64,000 nt of DNA from Folioceros fuciformis. Lineage: Eukaryota. Location: NCBI GenBank assembly GCA_049999805.1, contig JBNGIO010006373.1:561779-625778 (forward strand). Reading direction: 5' to 3'. The notes under the pieces are model-generated. The model was not told where the DNA came from, made no database searches, and worked only from the letters and a program-made list of their open reading frames with translations. Made by a program: the position numbers and the translations under genes. The first letter of the stretch is position 1, and every line of letters starts with the position of its first letter. Below, piece by piece: positions 11,378-23,064 of the stretch.

Positions 11378-12124
11378 TTACGAATCTTTTCCCATCCCTT
11401 TACTTTTCAATTTGTAAGCCCACTCCAGTCCTGGACAGTAGTGCAGAGGAGGGTTGAATCTTCCGTCCGTCATGTCAGGGGGCAAAAAAGCACCGTTTTC
11501 GAGAAGAAACCTCACTGCCCGCTTGTTTTTTTCCTTCGCTGCGTTGTGCAATGGAGTCCCTGCAACACAACAGCAGGAGGAGTAAAGTTTTAGGCACGTG
11601 CAAGTACTTGATGCATGCTTTAAAACTGCTATCGAGCGGACTACAAGATAGAAGAAAACAAACTTACATCCGCAGCCTCCCCTGGTTCGCGCATCAATAT
11701 TTGCACCACGCTCAAGCAGCTCATCCATCACATGCAAGTGGCCCCCAGCCGCAGCTAAGTGGAGAGGTGTAGTTCCAGGAGCTTTTGGACCGAACGACGG
11801 CTCGTTAACGGCTGCCCCAGAGTTCAGCAGCCGCTTCACCTGTGTTTGGAGGCAGAAAGTCGTCCAACGAAAGTAAAAGCAATGTCCAATACTCGTGAAA
11901 TATTTCAGAACCGACCTTTCAACCATTCATGGCGAACTCTGAAACGAGAAAATATTACGAAGATGAAGTACACGAGCTACCTCTTCGAGATCACCCATTC
12001 GGGAGGCCACATGAAGTGCAGTCCAACCCCGGTCATCCCGAAGTCCAGACCGACCAAAGGAATCTCGCCGTGAAACTGACCTGGACCATCCAACCTGTTG
12101 CTGTCTCTCCACCCCGACACTCAT
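11378..12124 (-). CDS. PIA2: Phytochrome-interacting ankyrin-repeat protein (PIA1/PIA2-like); exons 12124-11981, 11839-11668, 11559-11378
   Basis: Spliced product DDRGWTALHVASRMGDLEEVKRLL...TTPLHLAAAGGHLHVMDELLERGANIDARTRGGCGWTPLHNAAKE...GAFLPPDMTDGRFNPPLHYCPGLEWAY matches my recollection of the PIA family. Confidence 0.85.
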
Positions 12125-13959
12125 TTTGATCCTCTCAACAACTGAGAGCTTAAATCAACCTGCCTTTGCCTCCGAGACTGAACTCCTGGAATGGTCCGTT
12201 CCCTGAAGAACGTTGAAATGCAGACCAATCGTTAAGCCCTCGAACAGCTTCGGCGTTCGCCTGCCAATACCAAAACAATAGATAAAAGACAAATTTGCAG
12301 GTCAGTATCACACAAAAACACAGCTCTTCCTGTGTTCATGGCGCAGAACTCGCCCAGTCAGCATAAAGAAAAGGCAGAGTCAGCAAAATCGACGGAGACT
12401 TCCCAAACTGCAAAGCCAAAAAGAAAATGTGAAAGAAACTGATTCGGATGCCAACACGCGTCACCCTAAACTCCAACATGCCACCATCAAATCAAACTAC
12501 TGTCCGCCTCACCTTATTCTGACACACTGCGCATCTGCGCAGGCCTTAACGCAGAATCTACGGTAAGCAGAAACAGCTCATCTTGTCCAAAACTTCCGCC
12601 ACGGGACAAAGTCCGGGTCCTGGAACACACATGTTGTCGGATCCAATCACTCGAGGGAGGAAAGCCAGGGCGCAATGTGTGCGCCGCTAGTCAGAGGCCC
12701 TCGTCACCGCCCGGACTTCCAAAGACAATATCACGCCACTTCAGCAGCCCGCCACACACCACCAATTCGGAAGAGGAAACCCTACGTCGTCCCTGCACGA
12801 CCACCAGCACTTGCTGACTATAGTGCACATCAAGACAACGGCCCAAGAGAAATTCTCACCATCTAAAGCCACAGGGACAGCAGTCCACAAACTCTAAGAA
12901 AACAGAGTAAATTGAGGGATCGCAGTGCACAATCAACACAAGCGCCGCTGACGCACCTCAGGGGTGGTAATCGATGCGGCCGATTCGAGATGAAAATTGC
13001 AGCGGACGGAAGATATGGAGCGAAGATTCAAACAGACTCCTGCCGGCCACGATGCCAAGTCACGACTAGGGTACGCCAATCTTCGAGATTTTCGCCCCGG
13101 TATTTCTCGCACAAGCCAAGGAATAACGAGATGAAAATCAGCTTTCCAAGTTGGGTAGTATGCAGACGATTCCCATCGGTGCTGAACTGAAACTCGGTAT
13201 GTCTTGACACTAGGGCCAGTAGCGAGATGCGCTGACTGTGGCCCGTGAAGATCTATCCGAGTTAGGGCACGCAAGACTTCTCTTGGATAGTTATGATGCG
13301 CTTGTCAAGCCATGAAATAGCGATACGGGTACCTATGCTGTTCCTCTTCTGCCTCCGCTTAAAGCCGCACTCGCTGCGTCTTTAGTGGAATCCCGGGAAT
13401 CCCGATGCGGCCATCTCCGACATTCATCCTAATTACGATCATTTGCAACATTTTTTTTCCCCCTTCACACGGCTAATAGAGCATTCCCAAGCTTTCACAT
13501 GGGAGGATAGAAATTTGCACTATCCTATTACCTTATCCCCTTTTGAACCAAAACACGCCACACGACATTTAGGTAACAACAACCCATAAGACTTGCATGC
13601 ACAAAAGGTCTGGGCACTACTCCAAAGATCGAGAATCCACAATAATGGCATTACTTACTAATAATGGTATTATTGCCTACAATCAAATATGAACACGGTG
13701 TGCTTGGATCGTGGTTGGAACAGGGTGTGCTTCGATCATGGTGGTAGAAGGGAGCAAGTTAGAAAGGTTTAGAATAATAAACACGATTATGACCCAACCC
13801 ATGGAGCCTATGAAGAAGAAAATTGGAATACGTCTTCTGTGGACCATTTAGCTAGTAGAAAAAACTTGGATTTCAACGTGCGGGTGAAAGCCAACGCTGT
13901 CAATTACATGAAGTATAAGTGACCGAGAGTGAATGAAAGGCATGAGGGCTAACAACGAT

Positions 13960-14006
13960 GAACCTCCTTACATTATTCATGACATACTCCACATTGGCCA
14001 CACGCN
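13960..14006 (-). pseudogene. Duplicated fragment of the HAD gene exon2/intron2 junction, abutting an N gap
   Basis: GAACCTCCTTACATTaTTCATGACATACTCCACaTTGGCCACACGC is near-identical to 15192-15237. Confidence 0.6.
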
Positions 14007-14015
14007 NNNNNNNNN

Positions 14016-14096
14016 CCTAAACAAAGAATAGGGTAGAAACCATGCCCTAGATTGTCCCTAAACGAAGAATAGGGTAGAAACCATGGCCTAGATTGT
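14016..14096. repeat. ~41-bp tandem duplication next to the gap
   Basis: CCTAAACrAAGAATAGGGTAGAAACCATGsCCTAGATTGT occurs twice. Confidence 0.75.
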
Positions 14097-14353
14097 ACAC
14101 ACGAAAAAAAAAGGCTTTACAACATTGCGTTCAACATGGATAAGCTTGAAATTATCAACGAATTGTCGGGAAATGCCAGTGAAGGCCTACCCAATGGAGA
14201 ATATGTTGACACAGCTAAGCGAATTGCTCACCTTAAGGGTGTTGCAGGTTTGTAAGTCCAAAGGCAAGTGGCACCGGAATAACCCTTTTGTGACCCTATC
14301 CTACAACTTCAATTTCGTCCCAAAACTTTAAATGGTGTCTCAGTGTAAAACTG

Positions 14354-15896
14354 TCATCCTACAACTCTGATACGATGTGCCATCGGCCTGTCAAGACCGG
14401 CCAGAAAATCGCGGTCCTCCTCAGCTCCAAACAAGCAGGCCTCCACATCTTCCCAGCCGGCGGCCTGGAACAGGAACCCAGACTGTCGAAAGCTGGTTAG
14501 CTGACCGGTTGCCAAAAGGGCTGCAGCTTCTCCCAGAGGTCTCAACTGGATACCGTTTTGATCCAATAGACTTCGAAGAGCAACTCGCTGGCCCATCACG
14601 ATGCCAAGGTCTGCATCCAGTAAGGCTAACAAGTCCGTTGGGGCGTCCCCCAAATACACCACCATCTTCTCCTGCTCCTCCGTCCGCATCATCTTTCTCA
14701 AGGCTTGTTGCACTCTCTCCTTGTCGAAAGCATTTGTGACTAGGTTTTGGAAGAATCCGGTCGTGTAGCCCGCATCATCGAATTCTAACTCATTGCTGTG
14801 GACGAGTAATCTGTCTTCTGCAAGGAGGACTGTGGAAGGTTAAAGACTTACATTTGGCAGAATGATGAAAAGGCCGGCACCAGAGCTGGAAACAGGATGC
14901 TCACCAGGTAAGAAAGACAGTCCTCCGTAAACCAGAGCCCTGGACCAGTTGGCAGAGATAACATGCACTGTTGTTCCTACAGCTGCCAATCTGGAAAGCA
15001 CGATCGGGCAATGACTCTGAAAATCGATCCGCTTTCCAGCAGCAAGAATGGCCTCCTTCCTTAAACCTCTGAAAAACCCCGTTGTCATGACTTTCTGCAC
15101 ACCATCACACAAAGCTAGCTTGCATGATCACCTGGCTATAGCTAGCTAGCAACCATCTCGGCACCACATAAGAATGATTTGCCGGCAAGGTGAACCTCCT
15201 TACATTGTTCATGACATACTCCACGTTGGCCACACGCTTCAGTGCTTCTCGCATGCTCCTACTGCCGAACTGTTGCTGAGCCACAGAAAAGCCCTGAACC
15301 TTCAACTTCAACCGGGGATCAATCCCCGAAGCTAGACCATAGCTAGTGCTGGGCTCCCCCACGTCCCCATCCACTCCGGACGCAGCATTATCCTTGATCA
15401 TCTTCTCATATTCCTTCCACAGGTCATTATACGCCTTTGCCATCGTGTTGTCCGAGACATCGGCGGAATTCTCCTTGGCCCAGACCAGAAGCTGACAGGA
15501 GTCCTCCACAGTGCAAGTGTTGTCGTAGTCCGTGGTGAAGAGTAAGTTGGCCGGATTCCATGGACTCATCCTCTCCAGCCTCAAGTCCCTATATCCGGGA
15601 AGGTTTGAAACTGCGGCTGAAGTCCGCAACAAAGAATCGTACTTGGAGACCATGACCTCCTCCGGTCCTACCGATCCCACGAGTCCCGCCTGAAGCCCCA
15701 TTGAACCTGCAAGAAGAAGCGTAAATCAGCACAATCCGAATCCCTCAACATGCATCGTTCGGAAGAAAATGTCGGGTTGTCTGCGATCAAAATCACAAGG
15801 AGGAGGACCTCTGCAACGCCAGAAACGCACGACGCTAAGCTGTTGACAGGGGCTGTCACGAGGAGACAGCAAGGAAGAATGAAGGGCGGACGCCAT
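14354..15896 (-). CDS. HAD-superfamily phosphatase similar to the HAD domain of TH2 (thiamin monophosphate phosphatase); exons 15896-15809, 15706-15204, 15094-14905, 14817-14354
   Basis: Motif I FTTDYDNTCTVEDS, motif II VHVISANWS, VHSNELEF, motif IV VYLGDAPTDLLALLDADLGIV; Ser-rich transit-like exon 1; splice phases are consistent. Confidence 0.8.
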
Positions 15897-16113
15897 AATG
15901 TAGCCCACAGCCGCGCCCGAGCTCCTAATCGGGGCTTCAATGGCTGCCGCTCACGAGAATAGTACCAGCCATGGATGCCGGATCCGGGAACGAATTGTGC
16001 TGTGCGGGCTGAGGTTAGTTTCCCGGCAATAGTTAGTTTCCCTTGAGCAAAGTCGGGCGCCGGTTTGATGACCACAAGACAAGTTTACACGGGAATATCC
16101 CAACCGTCAGGTG

Positions 16114-16166
16114 CAAAATGGGCCCAAAATGGCAAAACCCCTTTTAGCCATTTTGGGCCCATTTTG
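16114..16166. repeat. Perfect 20-bp inverted repeat (hairpin) containing TGGGCCC motifs
   Basis: CAAAATGGGCCCAAAATGGC - 13 nt - GCCATTTTGGGCCCATTTTG. Confidence 0.9.
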
Positions 16167-16801
16167 ATATAACGAATTTTTACCTTTCCTACCAACCGCC
16201 TCACGTATGTACGTACTACACATGGGGACCGGAAAAAGCAACTTATTATATCTTTTTCAGTGAACTGCTTTTGACAGTCAAGTTAATCAATGAGTTCGTA
16301 AAACGATACACTGTAGCTCTCCCTTCTCCCGGGTAAGCCATTACCCCCATTGATAAAGCACAAGAGGATACACGACGGGCGGGCGGTCACCCGCTCGCCG
16401 AGGTTGTCCATCCCGCCAGGAATCAAGGCCATGGACTGCCACAGCCAGATGGCACGACGGGCGCCGGGACAGGCCTCCTATGCCCTCAGGAAGCCCCACC
16501 AAGAATCAATCATTTTGAGGAGACTCCTTCCCCTTTTCACATGCTCCGTACCAGCCAGTGGTGATGGCAAGCACAGGATTGCATCCTTCCTCAATGGCTT
16601 GGAGAACATTCGAATCGTCCTTAATCCTCTCGCAGTCGAACCGAAACCCAAGTACAAATGTTGCACATGTATGACTATCCAGCATCCTCCCAACTTTACA
16701 TAGCGATGACCGGAGGTTCAGCCTGCAGTCTCGCCTGCCACAAATTTTGTGAACAATCCGTGGCCAGTGAGAAGGCCGCTGAACACTTACCTACCGAGAC
16801 A

Positions 16802-18126
16802 TTAGAACTCCTCACTCTCAGGGAAAGTGAATTGGGCAAGGGATGTGTGTCCTCCCCGAGGTCCCGGGGAAGACACACTCTGCGGGATGAAAACAGCACT
16901 ATCCCCATGGGCTTGCAAGCCCGGTCTGGTGAGGGGATCCGCGGTCGGGTCCCGAGCTCCGGGGGGGCCCAGCACGTCCTCCACCAGCTGCTTGCACACA
17001 AACAGCGGTGCCCGGCAGCGGAGAGCCAGAGCGATGCCATCCGATGGCCGCATGTCCACGCTCCGCAACCGCCAGCTTTCCGGGAAGTCATCCACCTTGA
17101 GAGACATCCCGAACCCGGAGGATGCGGCAGCGTCCAGAGATATGATGAGCCGGCTGTAGAACACATCGCGTTCCAGCGCAGTGATCATGACTCTGTCCAC
17201 CTGCAACAACGCAACTGTCACAAGAGCTTGAGCCCGGTTCACATTCCAACACCCACAAACAGCATAGAGGAGAGACGTGCACATACTGTCTTTGCACCTT
17301 CCAGCCTGCAGCAGCAAGGGAGGAGCTCCAAGCTTCGTGGGTCACTGGCCTCTGGCTTCTCCTCGCTTGCGCTGCCGCCAGCACGGCCATTGCTTCCGCT
17401 GCTCCCACAACCATTCGCAAGGGGAGGTCAAAGCCGTCCACCCTGGAACCCAGTGGATGTCAATATGTGAAGCAAGGGGGCAGCTGGATGAGCAGAATTG
17501 TGGGTCAGCATTTGCAGATGGCGGAACCTGACCCCAGAAAAAGAACTGCCCCATCGCCCGCTTGAGCTAGAGCAACCACCTTCCCTGTTGCATACTCAGC
17601 CATCCGCTTTCCAAGCCCGTCGAAGCCGAATTCCGCCTCCACTTCAGACTTTGCCGCTGGAGCATCCTTGGGCTGAACAGGAGCTCCTGGTTCATTGCAG
17701 AAATCATGTTGCACAACGATGAATGGAAGACGGAGATCCGTGTTCCACGGAAGGCATCGGGGAGAAGGCAAAGCGACAGGTTAAGAACGCATCACCAACC
17801 GGAGGCAGCCGGACGAGGGCCAAACAGAGAATGTACAGATGTAAGGCCGACGGACAGGAGGTCCCTCCTTCGCAGGGTGAAAAGTCCTTGGGAGGCCGTT
17901 GTGGCGCTCACTCTCCGCACCACGGGGCCTTCGACAGTCTCTCGTGCTCTTCCTTGTAGCCGAGATGGTACTGGGGATAGAGGAGCTAACACTTTGCACG
18001 ACCTGAAAGCGACGCGCTGTCATCCGACTTTGGTACACGAGAATTGGGCCGAGCAGGAAAGGTTTTCAAGCCAGATTACCTCAGAGCTGTGGAGTGGCAG
18101 CTTGGGGCGGCGCGGTGCGCAGACAT
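16802..18126 (-). CDS. Bifunctional nuclease (DUF151/BFN) domain protein with organellar transit peptide, multi-exon
   Basis: LPLRMVVGAAEAMAV...RPVTHEAW...VDRVMITALERDVFYSRL...VDMRPSDGIALALRCRAPLFV are DUF151 motifs; exons join in phase from ATG 18126. Confidence 0.82.
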
Positions 18127-18359
18127 AGCTGTCTCATTTGAAGCAGTGCAGCGGATCGAATCACAAGCAGTGTAGCCGAGACCGGCCAGGCGAATTCTTG
18201 CGTAGCCGGGAGTTTTGGGTGGCCGGAAGGAGCGCCACACGCGGAATTGGGAACACGCATTTCTTTCACCTGTCTTGAAAAAGGATGATTATTTTTTTCG
18301 GTGGCCCTTTTCGGAAGTGCGTCGGGGTTTTGGGTTTGGGAGGGGCACGCTCGATATTC

Positions 18360-20083
18360 ATGGCCTGCTGTCATCAGCTGGTTTCCAGGTGCTCGCAGTC
18401 GGTTCCAGCCTCCTTCTCATCGTGCTTCATCAGAGGAGTCTGTGAGTCTGCAGAGAAGGTTGGAGATTCCAGCAGGCGACTCAGGTTGTGGTGCAGGTCA
18501 TTCTCTTCTTGGAAGGGACATACATGTGGGACGTTGTCAGCGGGGTGGCGAACAGATGGCATATCGGGGTTTAGTAGGTGTGAGATCTGGAGAGGGTGGA
18601 GAGTAGGTGTTGCGTCTGGATCCCTGCAGCGGCGGGGCATATCTGCATGTGACGTCGCCAATGCTCCAGTGGCCAACGATGCCACCTATGGGGGCAAGGA
18701 GGTTGTGCAAGTCACGGATGCCTTATACGAGTATATGTTGGCACACACTCGGGAGCCGGAGGTGAGTTTTCACCTCTGCACTCCTACGGCTGGTTCCACG
18801 GCCAAATTGTTCGAGAGTGAAGGGTTGCAACATACTTCATCGTTGACACCAGAGCTTGAGAGGTCAACTTGACTGTAGGTCCTTCAGGAACTGCGTGGGG
18901 AGACATCAACGTACGTTGGTTCGCACATGCAGGTAGGTTAGTCGAACTTGTTACTGTGATCCTGGGATCCTCTCTGTATGCGCTGGCTTACGCTGCCTTT
19001 CGTTTGAGTCAGGTGTCTCCAGAACAAGCCCAGCTGCTAGCTATGCTGGTTCAAATAATGGGTGCCCAGCGGTGCATTGAGGTCGGGGTGTTCACTGTAA
19101 GTTCTACTGTTTATTGTCTTCATATTGCTCTTGCATTTAGATTTCACACTATGTGATGCCCTGTTTGTAAACCATCTGTGGAATGGGTCACATATCATGC
19201 AGGGATATTCATCTCTGGCCGTTGCCTTGGCTCTTCCTGATTCAGGTCGGCTCGTGGCCTGCGAAAGATGTGAAATCCATCTGTTAGTGGCGCAGCGATA
19301 CTACGAAAGGGCTGGTGTTGCTCACAAGGTATGAGTGGAGCACACTTACTCTTGGGCTAAATGTGTTCTGCACAAGAACCTTTTCAAGATGAGTGATGTC
19401 CACTTCTGTGTGCAGGTGATTGTTAAGCGTGGTATTGCTCTTGAAACCTTGCAGCAACTGTTAGATGATGGAGAAGCTGCAAGGTATCACTGCATTCCAT
19501 GGCCATGTGGAGTAACTGTTCTGCAGACGATAGCTCACTTTCTTTGCTTTTGACATCCAGCTATGACTTCACCTTCATAGATGCTGACAAGCGAAACTAC
19601 CCTCAATACTACGAACTTCTACTTCGACTGGTATACCACTGGTGGCCAGAAACTGTTTCCGCTTATTGTTGACGTGCATCTGTTGCGGTTTATGTCTGTG
19701 ATGAGGTTTTAGCTTGCTCTTCCAGGTAAGACCAGGGGGCCTCATTGTGGTTGACAACGTACTGTGGCATGGAAAAGTGGCAAATCCACAGGTGAGTACG
19801 TACTGGCCCTATCTGCACTGCAATTTCTGTCTTCTGCCTTCAATACTGGCATCTACAGTGGTTCCCGATTCTGGTCCCAGGTGACCGACTTTAAAACTCA
19901 ATGCATACGTAACTTCAACCAACAGCTCATGTGCGATAGACGAGTGGCCATTAGTATGGTACGGGACGGCTTGGTGATTGACACTGCAGTTGCAAAAGTA
20001 TTGGCCTTGGGGTTGGTCCTTACTGTACTCTCGTCCCCCAGGTCCCAATTGGCGATGGCATGACCATCTGCAGAAAGCTCTAG
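18360..20083 (+). CDS. Class-3 (CCoAOMT-like) SAM-dependent O-methyltransferase with N-terminal targeting extension, multi-exon
   Basis: LYEYMLAHTREPE; MQ|VSPEQAQLLAMLVQIMGAQRCIEVGVFT|GYSSLAVAL; YDFTFIDADKRNY; RPGGLIVVDNVLWHG; VPIGDGMTICRKL*. Confidence 0.92.
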
Positions 20084-20831
20084 GAATTCAGAAGCTGCAC
20101 TTCCAGAAGCAGTGAGGTAGCCAACGCGCACAAGGTGACGTACATGGATTTAGAGTTTAAGGGGTTGAGCCGTGTGACAAGCAGATGTCACCAAGTTAGC
20201 TCCTAACTTCCCAGACGAGTCTACAGTGACGAGCGCTTTGAGTAGGCCTCGACCGTCCGGACTTCGAAACCTTTCCTCCCCTGAACTTGCACAGATTGCT
20301 CATGTCGGTAGGCAAGGAGTGAGCTGCATGCCCCATTTCTTTCACCTCTGTACACGCGTGGGGCCTACGTGTTGACAGTCCGAGCCTTCCTTTCTTGGGA
20401 TCAATTACCATCAGCGTGTATACCTTTCTATTTATGTACATGGCGGAACGCCGTAATTCGGCGTCCTATCTGTCGGCTTGACTACCGGCATCTGTTGTCT
20501 ATCCTACCAACGAAGCACGGTGAGAAGCTTCGGCTCATGTGGTAGGTTAGTCTCTTCCTATTCGAAGCGGGACCAGGGGGGCAGCTGGGGCTTCTAAAGA
20601 CCACCGAGAAAGAGTTGGACCGACCACCCAAACCCAAGCAAAGGCAGACTGCGAAATCTTCCAAATTGTGAACTATGTTTTTCCACAATACCCTGGGCTC
20701 TTCCATACGCTTCTCAGCATGGCGTGTTGAGGAGGGACTCTCAAACTTGAACGCGGAGCTAATGGATCTCTCTCCTTTCGCTGGGTAGATGACGAGTAGA
20801 GACCTGGAAGCAGGGGACGCGATTACCGATT

Positions 20832-22661
20832 TCAGGCTCCCTTCGCTCTAGCAGAAAACTTGTAAACCAGTCCGTCCACGTCTGTCCACCAGCTCTGCCC
20901 CGGTTCCTTCCAAGCACCAATCCCTGTTCTTCTGTCCTGCATCTCCTGTGCATGCTCCCACATTTGGGCCCCGGTGTATATGTTTGACATCAACACATAT
21001 GCTGCGGCATCCTTCTCGTCCAGCTTCACTGCTTCTTCGAATGCATGGCGCCCCACCTCCACATTGCCCCACTTTTGACAAGCACTCAGGAGTGTATGCC
21101 AAACTGAAACATTAGGCACTACAGGCATTTTCCTTACCAAATCCAGTGATTCGTCCAGGCAGCCTGCCCGACCCAGGAGGTCCACCATACATGTGTAATG
21201 CTCCACCGTGGGCATGATCCCGTAGTCTCCCCTCATAGCCTCAAAATATTCTCGCCCCTTGTCCAAAAGACCCGTATGACTGCATACGGTTAAAATGCTA
21301 ACGAAAGTGATGCTGTCGGGCTGTAACCCATGCCGTCTCATCCTCTGGACCAAATCAAAGACTTTTTCGCTGTGCCCTTGACGGGTGTACCCCGCAATCA
21401 GTGCACTCCAAGTGACGACATCTCTTTCGGGCAATGCATCAAACACCTCCTGTGCTTCACCCATATTCCCTGACTTTGCGTACATATTTATCAAGCTGAT
21501 GGCCACAAGCACATGAAGTTGAAGGCCTCGGTCAATAATTTGTGCATGAAGCTGCCTCCCCATTTGCAGAGCTGCTACATTTGCACATGCCTGCAGGAGG
21601 CAAACATAAGTCACAGCATCCGGTACAACCTTGCCTTCCTCTTGCATCACATGGTACAAACGGATGGCTTCATGGCCCATCCCCTGCTGGGCATATCCTG
21701 CTATAATGACATTCCATGTCACCACATCTTTTTCACCAAGACCGTCGAACACTCGTTGAGCGTCTTCCAAGCTCCCACACTTCGCATACATGTCCACCAA
21801 GCAATTCCAGACGAACAAATGCGGCTCCACGCCTCTGGCCAACACATCAGCATGTACTTGCTGCCCAGTTTTCAAATCTGTTCCCCTTGCACAAGCCTGA
21901 AGGGATGCTACAAACACATGGCCATCCGGCTTCACGCTTGAGGTGCGCATCTGATGATAAAGTCTTATCGCCTGCTTATCTTGTCCTTGTCTAACATGCG
22001 CAGATATTATGGAAGACCACATGAAAGCATCCGGTTTGTCCACCATACTGAAAACTGATGTAGCTTCTGTCAATCTGCCATGAAAAACATACATCCGTAG
22101 AATATGGTTGCACAGGAACGTATCCGACTTGTAACCCTTTTTCACGGTGAGAGCATGGACACGGCGACCCAGAGGCAGATCCTTACAAGCTACACATTTC
22201 TTTATGAGCGTATAGAGGATAGATTTCGAAATAGGACAGTCTGTATGCACCAGAACTTCCAAAGCCTCCACGGCCTCAGTCAGGAGCTGCCCCTCCTCAC
22301 ATGGCTTGTTCACGCCTTTTCCGTTTCCTGCAGGCCTGAGACCATCCTGCATGCTCCGGCCAACCTCAATATCCAGAGCAGCCAGCTGTGTATCCACCCA
22401 AGCTGGCTTGTATGGACTGTCCAGCCACAGTACGTCCTGAGACTCCCTATGCCGGAAATCGGGAGACCGGAAGCTTCTCTTGCATTGCCTGTTGTCCAAC
22501 CAAACAAAGGGCTCCAGAAAAAATTGTAGCCACAACAGCTCCTGGCGACGACCCTCGCTGAAAGATCCGCCCCTGGTACTGAATCTAGCGGCTTCGCTAT
22601 TTCCAGATACTGCAATGGCTGCTACCCTCCAGGCAGCCATGGGTCGCAGAAGCGCTGGCAT
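20832..22661 (-). CDS. PLS-class PPR protein #1 (E1-E2 + truncated WW-type PG box), 609 aa
   Basis: P/L/S motifs (DVVTWNVIIAGY; VTYVCLLQACA; LVDMYAKCG), S2 EHYTCMVDLLGRAG, E motifs, KEPGQSWWTDVDG; intronless. Confidence 0.93.
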   Translation of the reverse strand: MPALLRPMAAWRVAAIAVSGNSEAARFSTRGGSFSEGRRQELLWLQFFLEPFVWLDNRQCKRSFRSPDFRHRESQDVLWLDSPYKPAWVDTQLAALDIEVGRSMQDGLRPAGNGKGVNKPCEEGQLLTEAVEALEVLVHTDCPISKSILYTLIKKCVACKDLPLGRRVHALTVKKGYKSDTFLCNHILRMYVFHGRLTEATSVFSMVDKPDAFMWSSIISAHVRQGQDKQAIRLYHQMRTSSVKPDGHVFVASLQACARGTDLKTGQQVHADVLARGVEPHLFVWNCLVDMYAKCGSLEDAQRVFDGLGEKDVVTWNVIIAGYAQQGMGHEAIRLYHVMQEEGKVVPDAVTYVCLLQACANVAALQMGRQLHAQIIDRGLQLHVLVAISLINMYAKSGNMGEAQEVFDALPERDVVTWSALIAGYTRQGHSEKVFDLVQRMRRHGLQPDSITFVSILTVCSHTGLLDKGREYFEAMRGDYGIMPTVEHYTCMVDLLGRAGCLDESLDLVRKMPVVPNVSVWHTLLSACQKWGNVEVGRHAFEEAVKLDEKDAAAYVLMSNIYTGAQMWEHAQEMQDRRTGIGAWKEPGQSWWTDVDGLVYKFSARAKGA

Positions 22662-23064
22662 CGACTGAAATTGTATTTGGACCTATGCCAAGGGTTATTA
22701 CCGAGAACTGCAATTCGCCAACGCTTGATGGTATGAGTTTCCGCAGGAACCCGCCCCGGCCCATGAGGGGATCGTCGCCATCCAGATTGTGACATGCAGA
22801 GCACTTCACCGTCAATCACGAGGGATTGTAATGTGATCATCTCGCATCAGCCTGTCTCGCACTTTCGGCAACCAGCACTTGAAACGACTGCTAAATGCAC
22901 GCAAGATGTCTTGAGGACAAAGCAGGGAGCCAGCTGACCGGAACTTTCCGTCCTTGAGTTTTTGCATCCAGCAAATCACGGGACTTGACAGAACGACAGT
23001 TAACGGATCCCTCAAGAATTTTCAGTGAGCTTGCATACATCCGTGATGATCCAGCTTCTCGAAG

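Noticed and set aside
20640-20725. Minus-strand RHAEKR...LWKNIV downstream of PPR #1 as a DYW active-site relic
   Set aside because: Only a 4-residue match, with no LAxAF or CxxCH at the proper spacing; may be chance.
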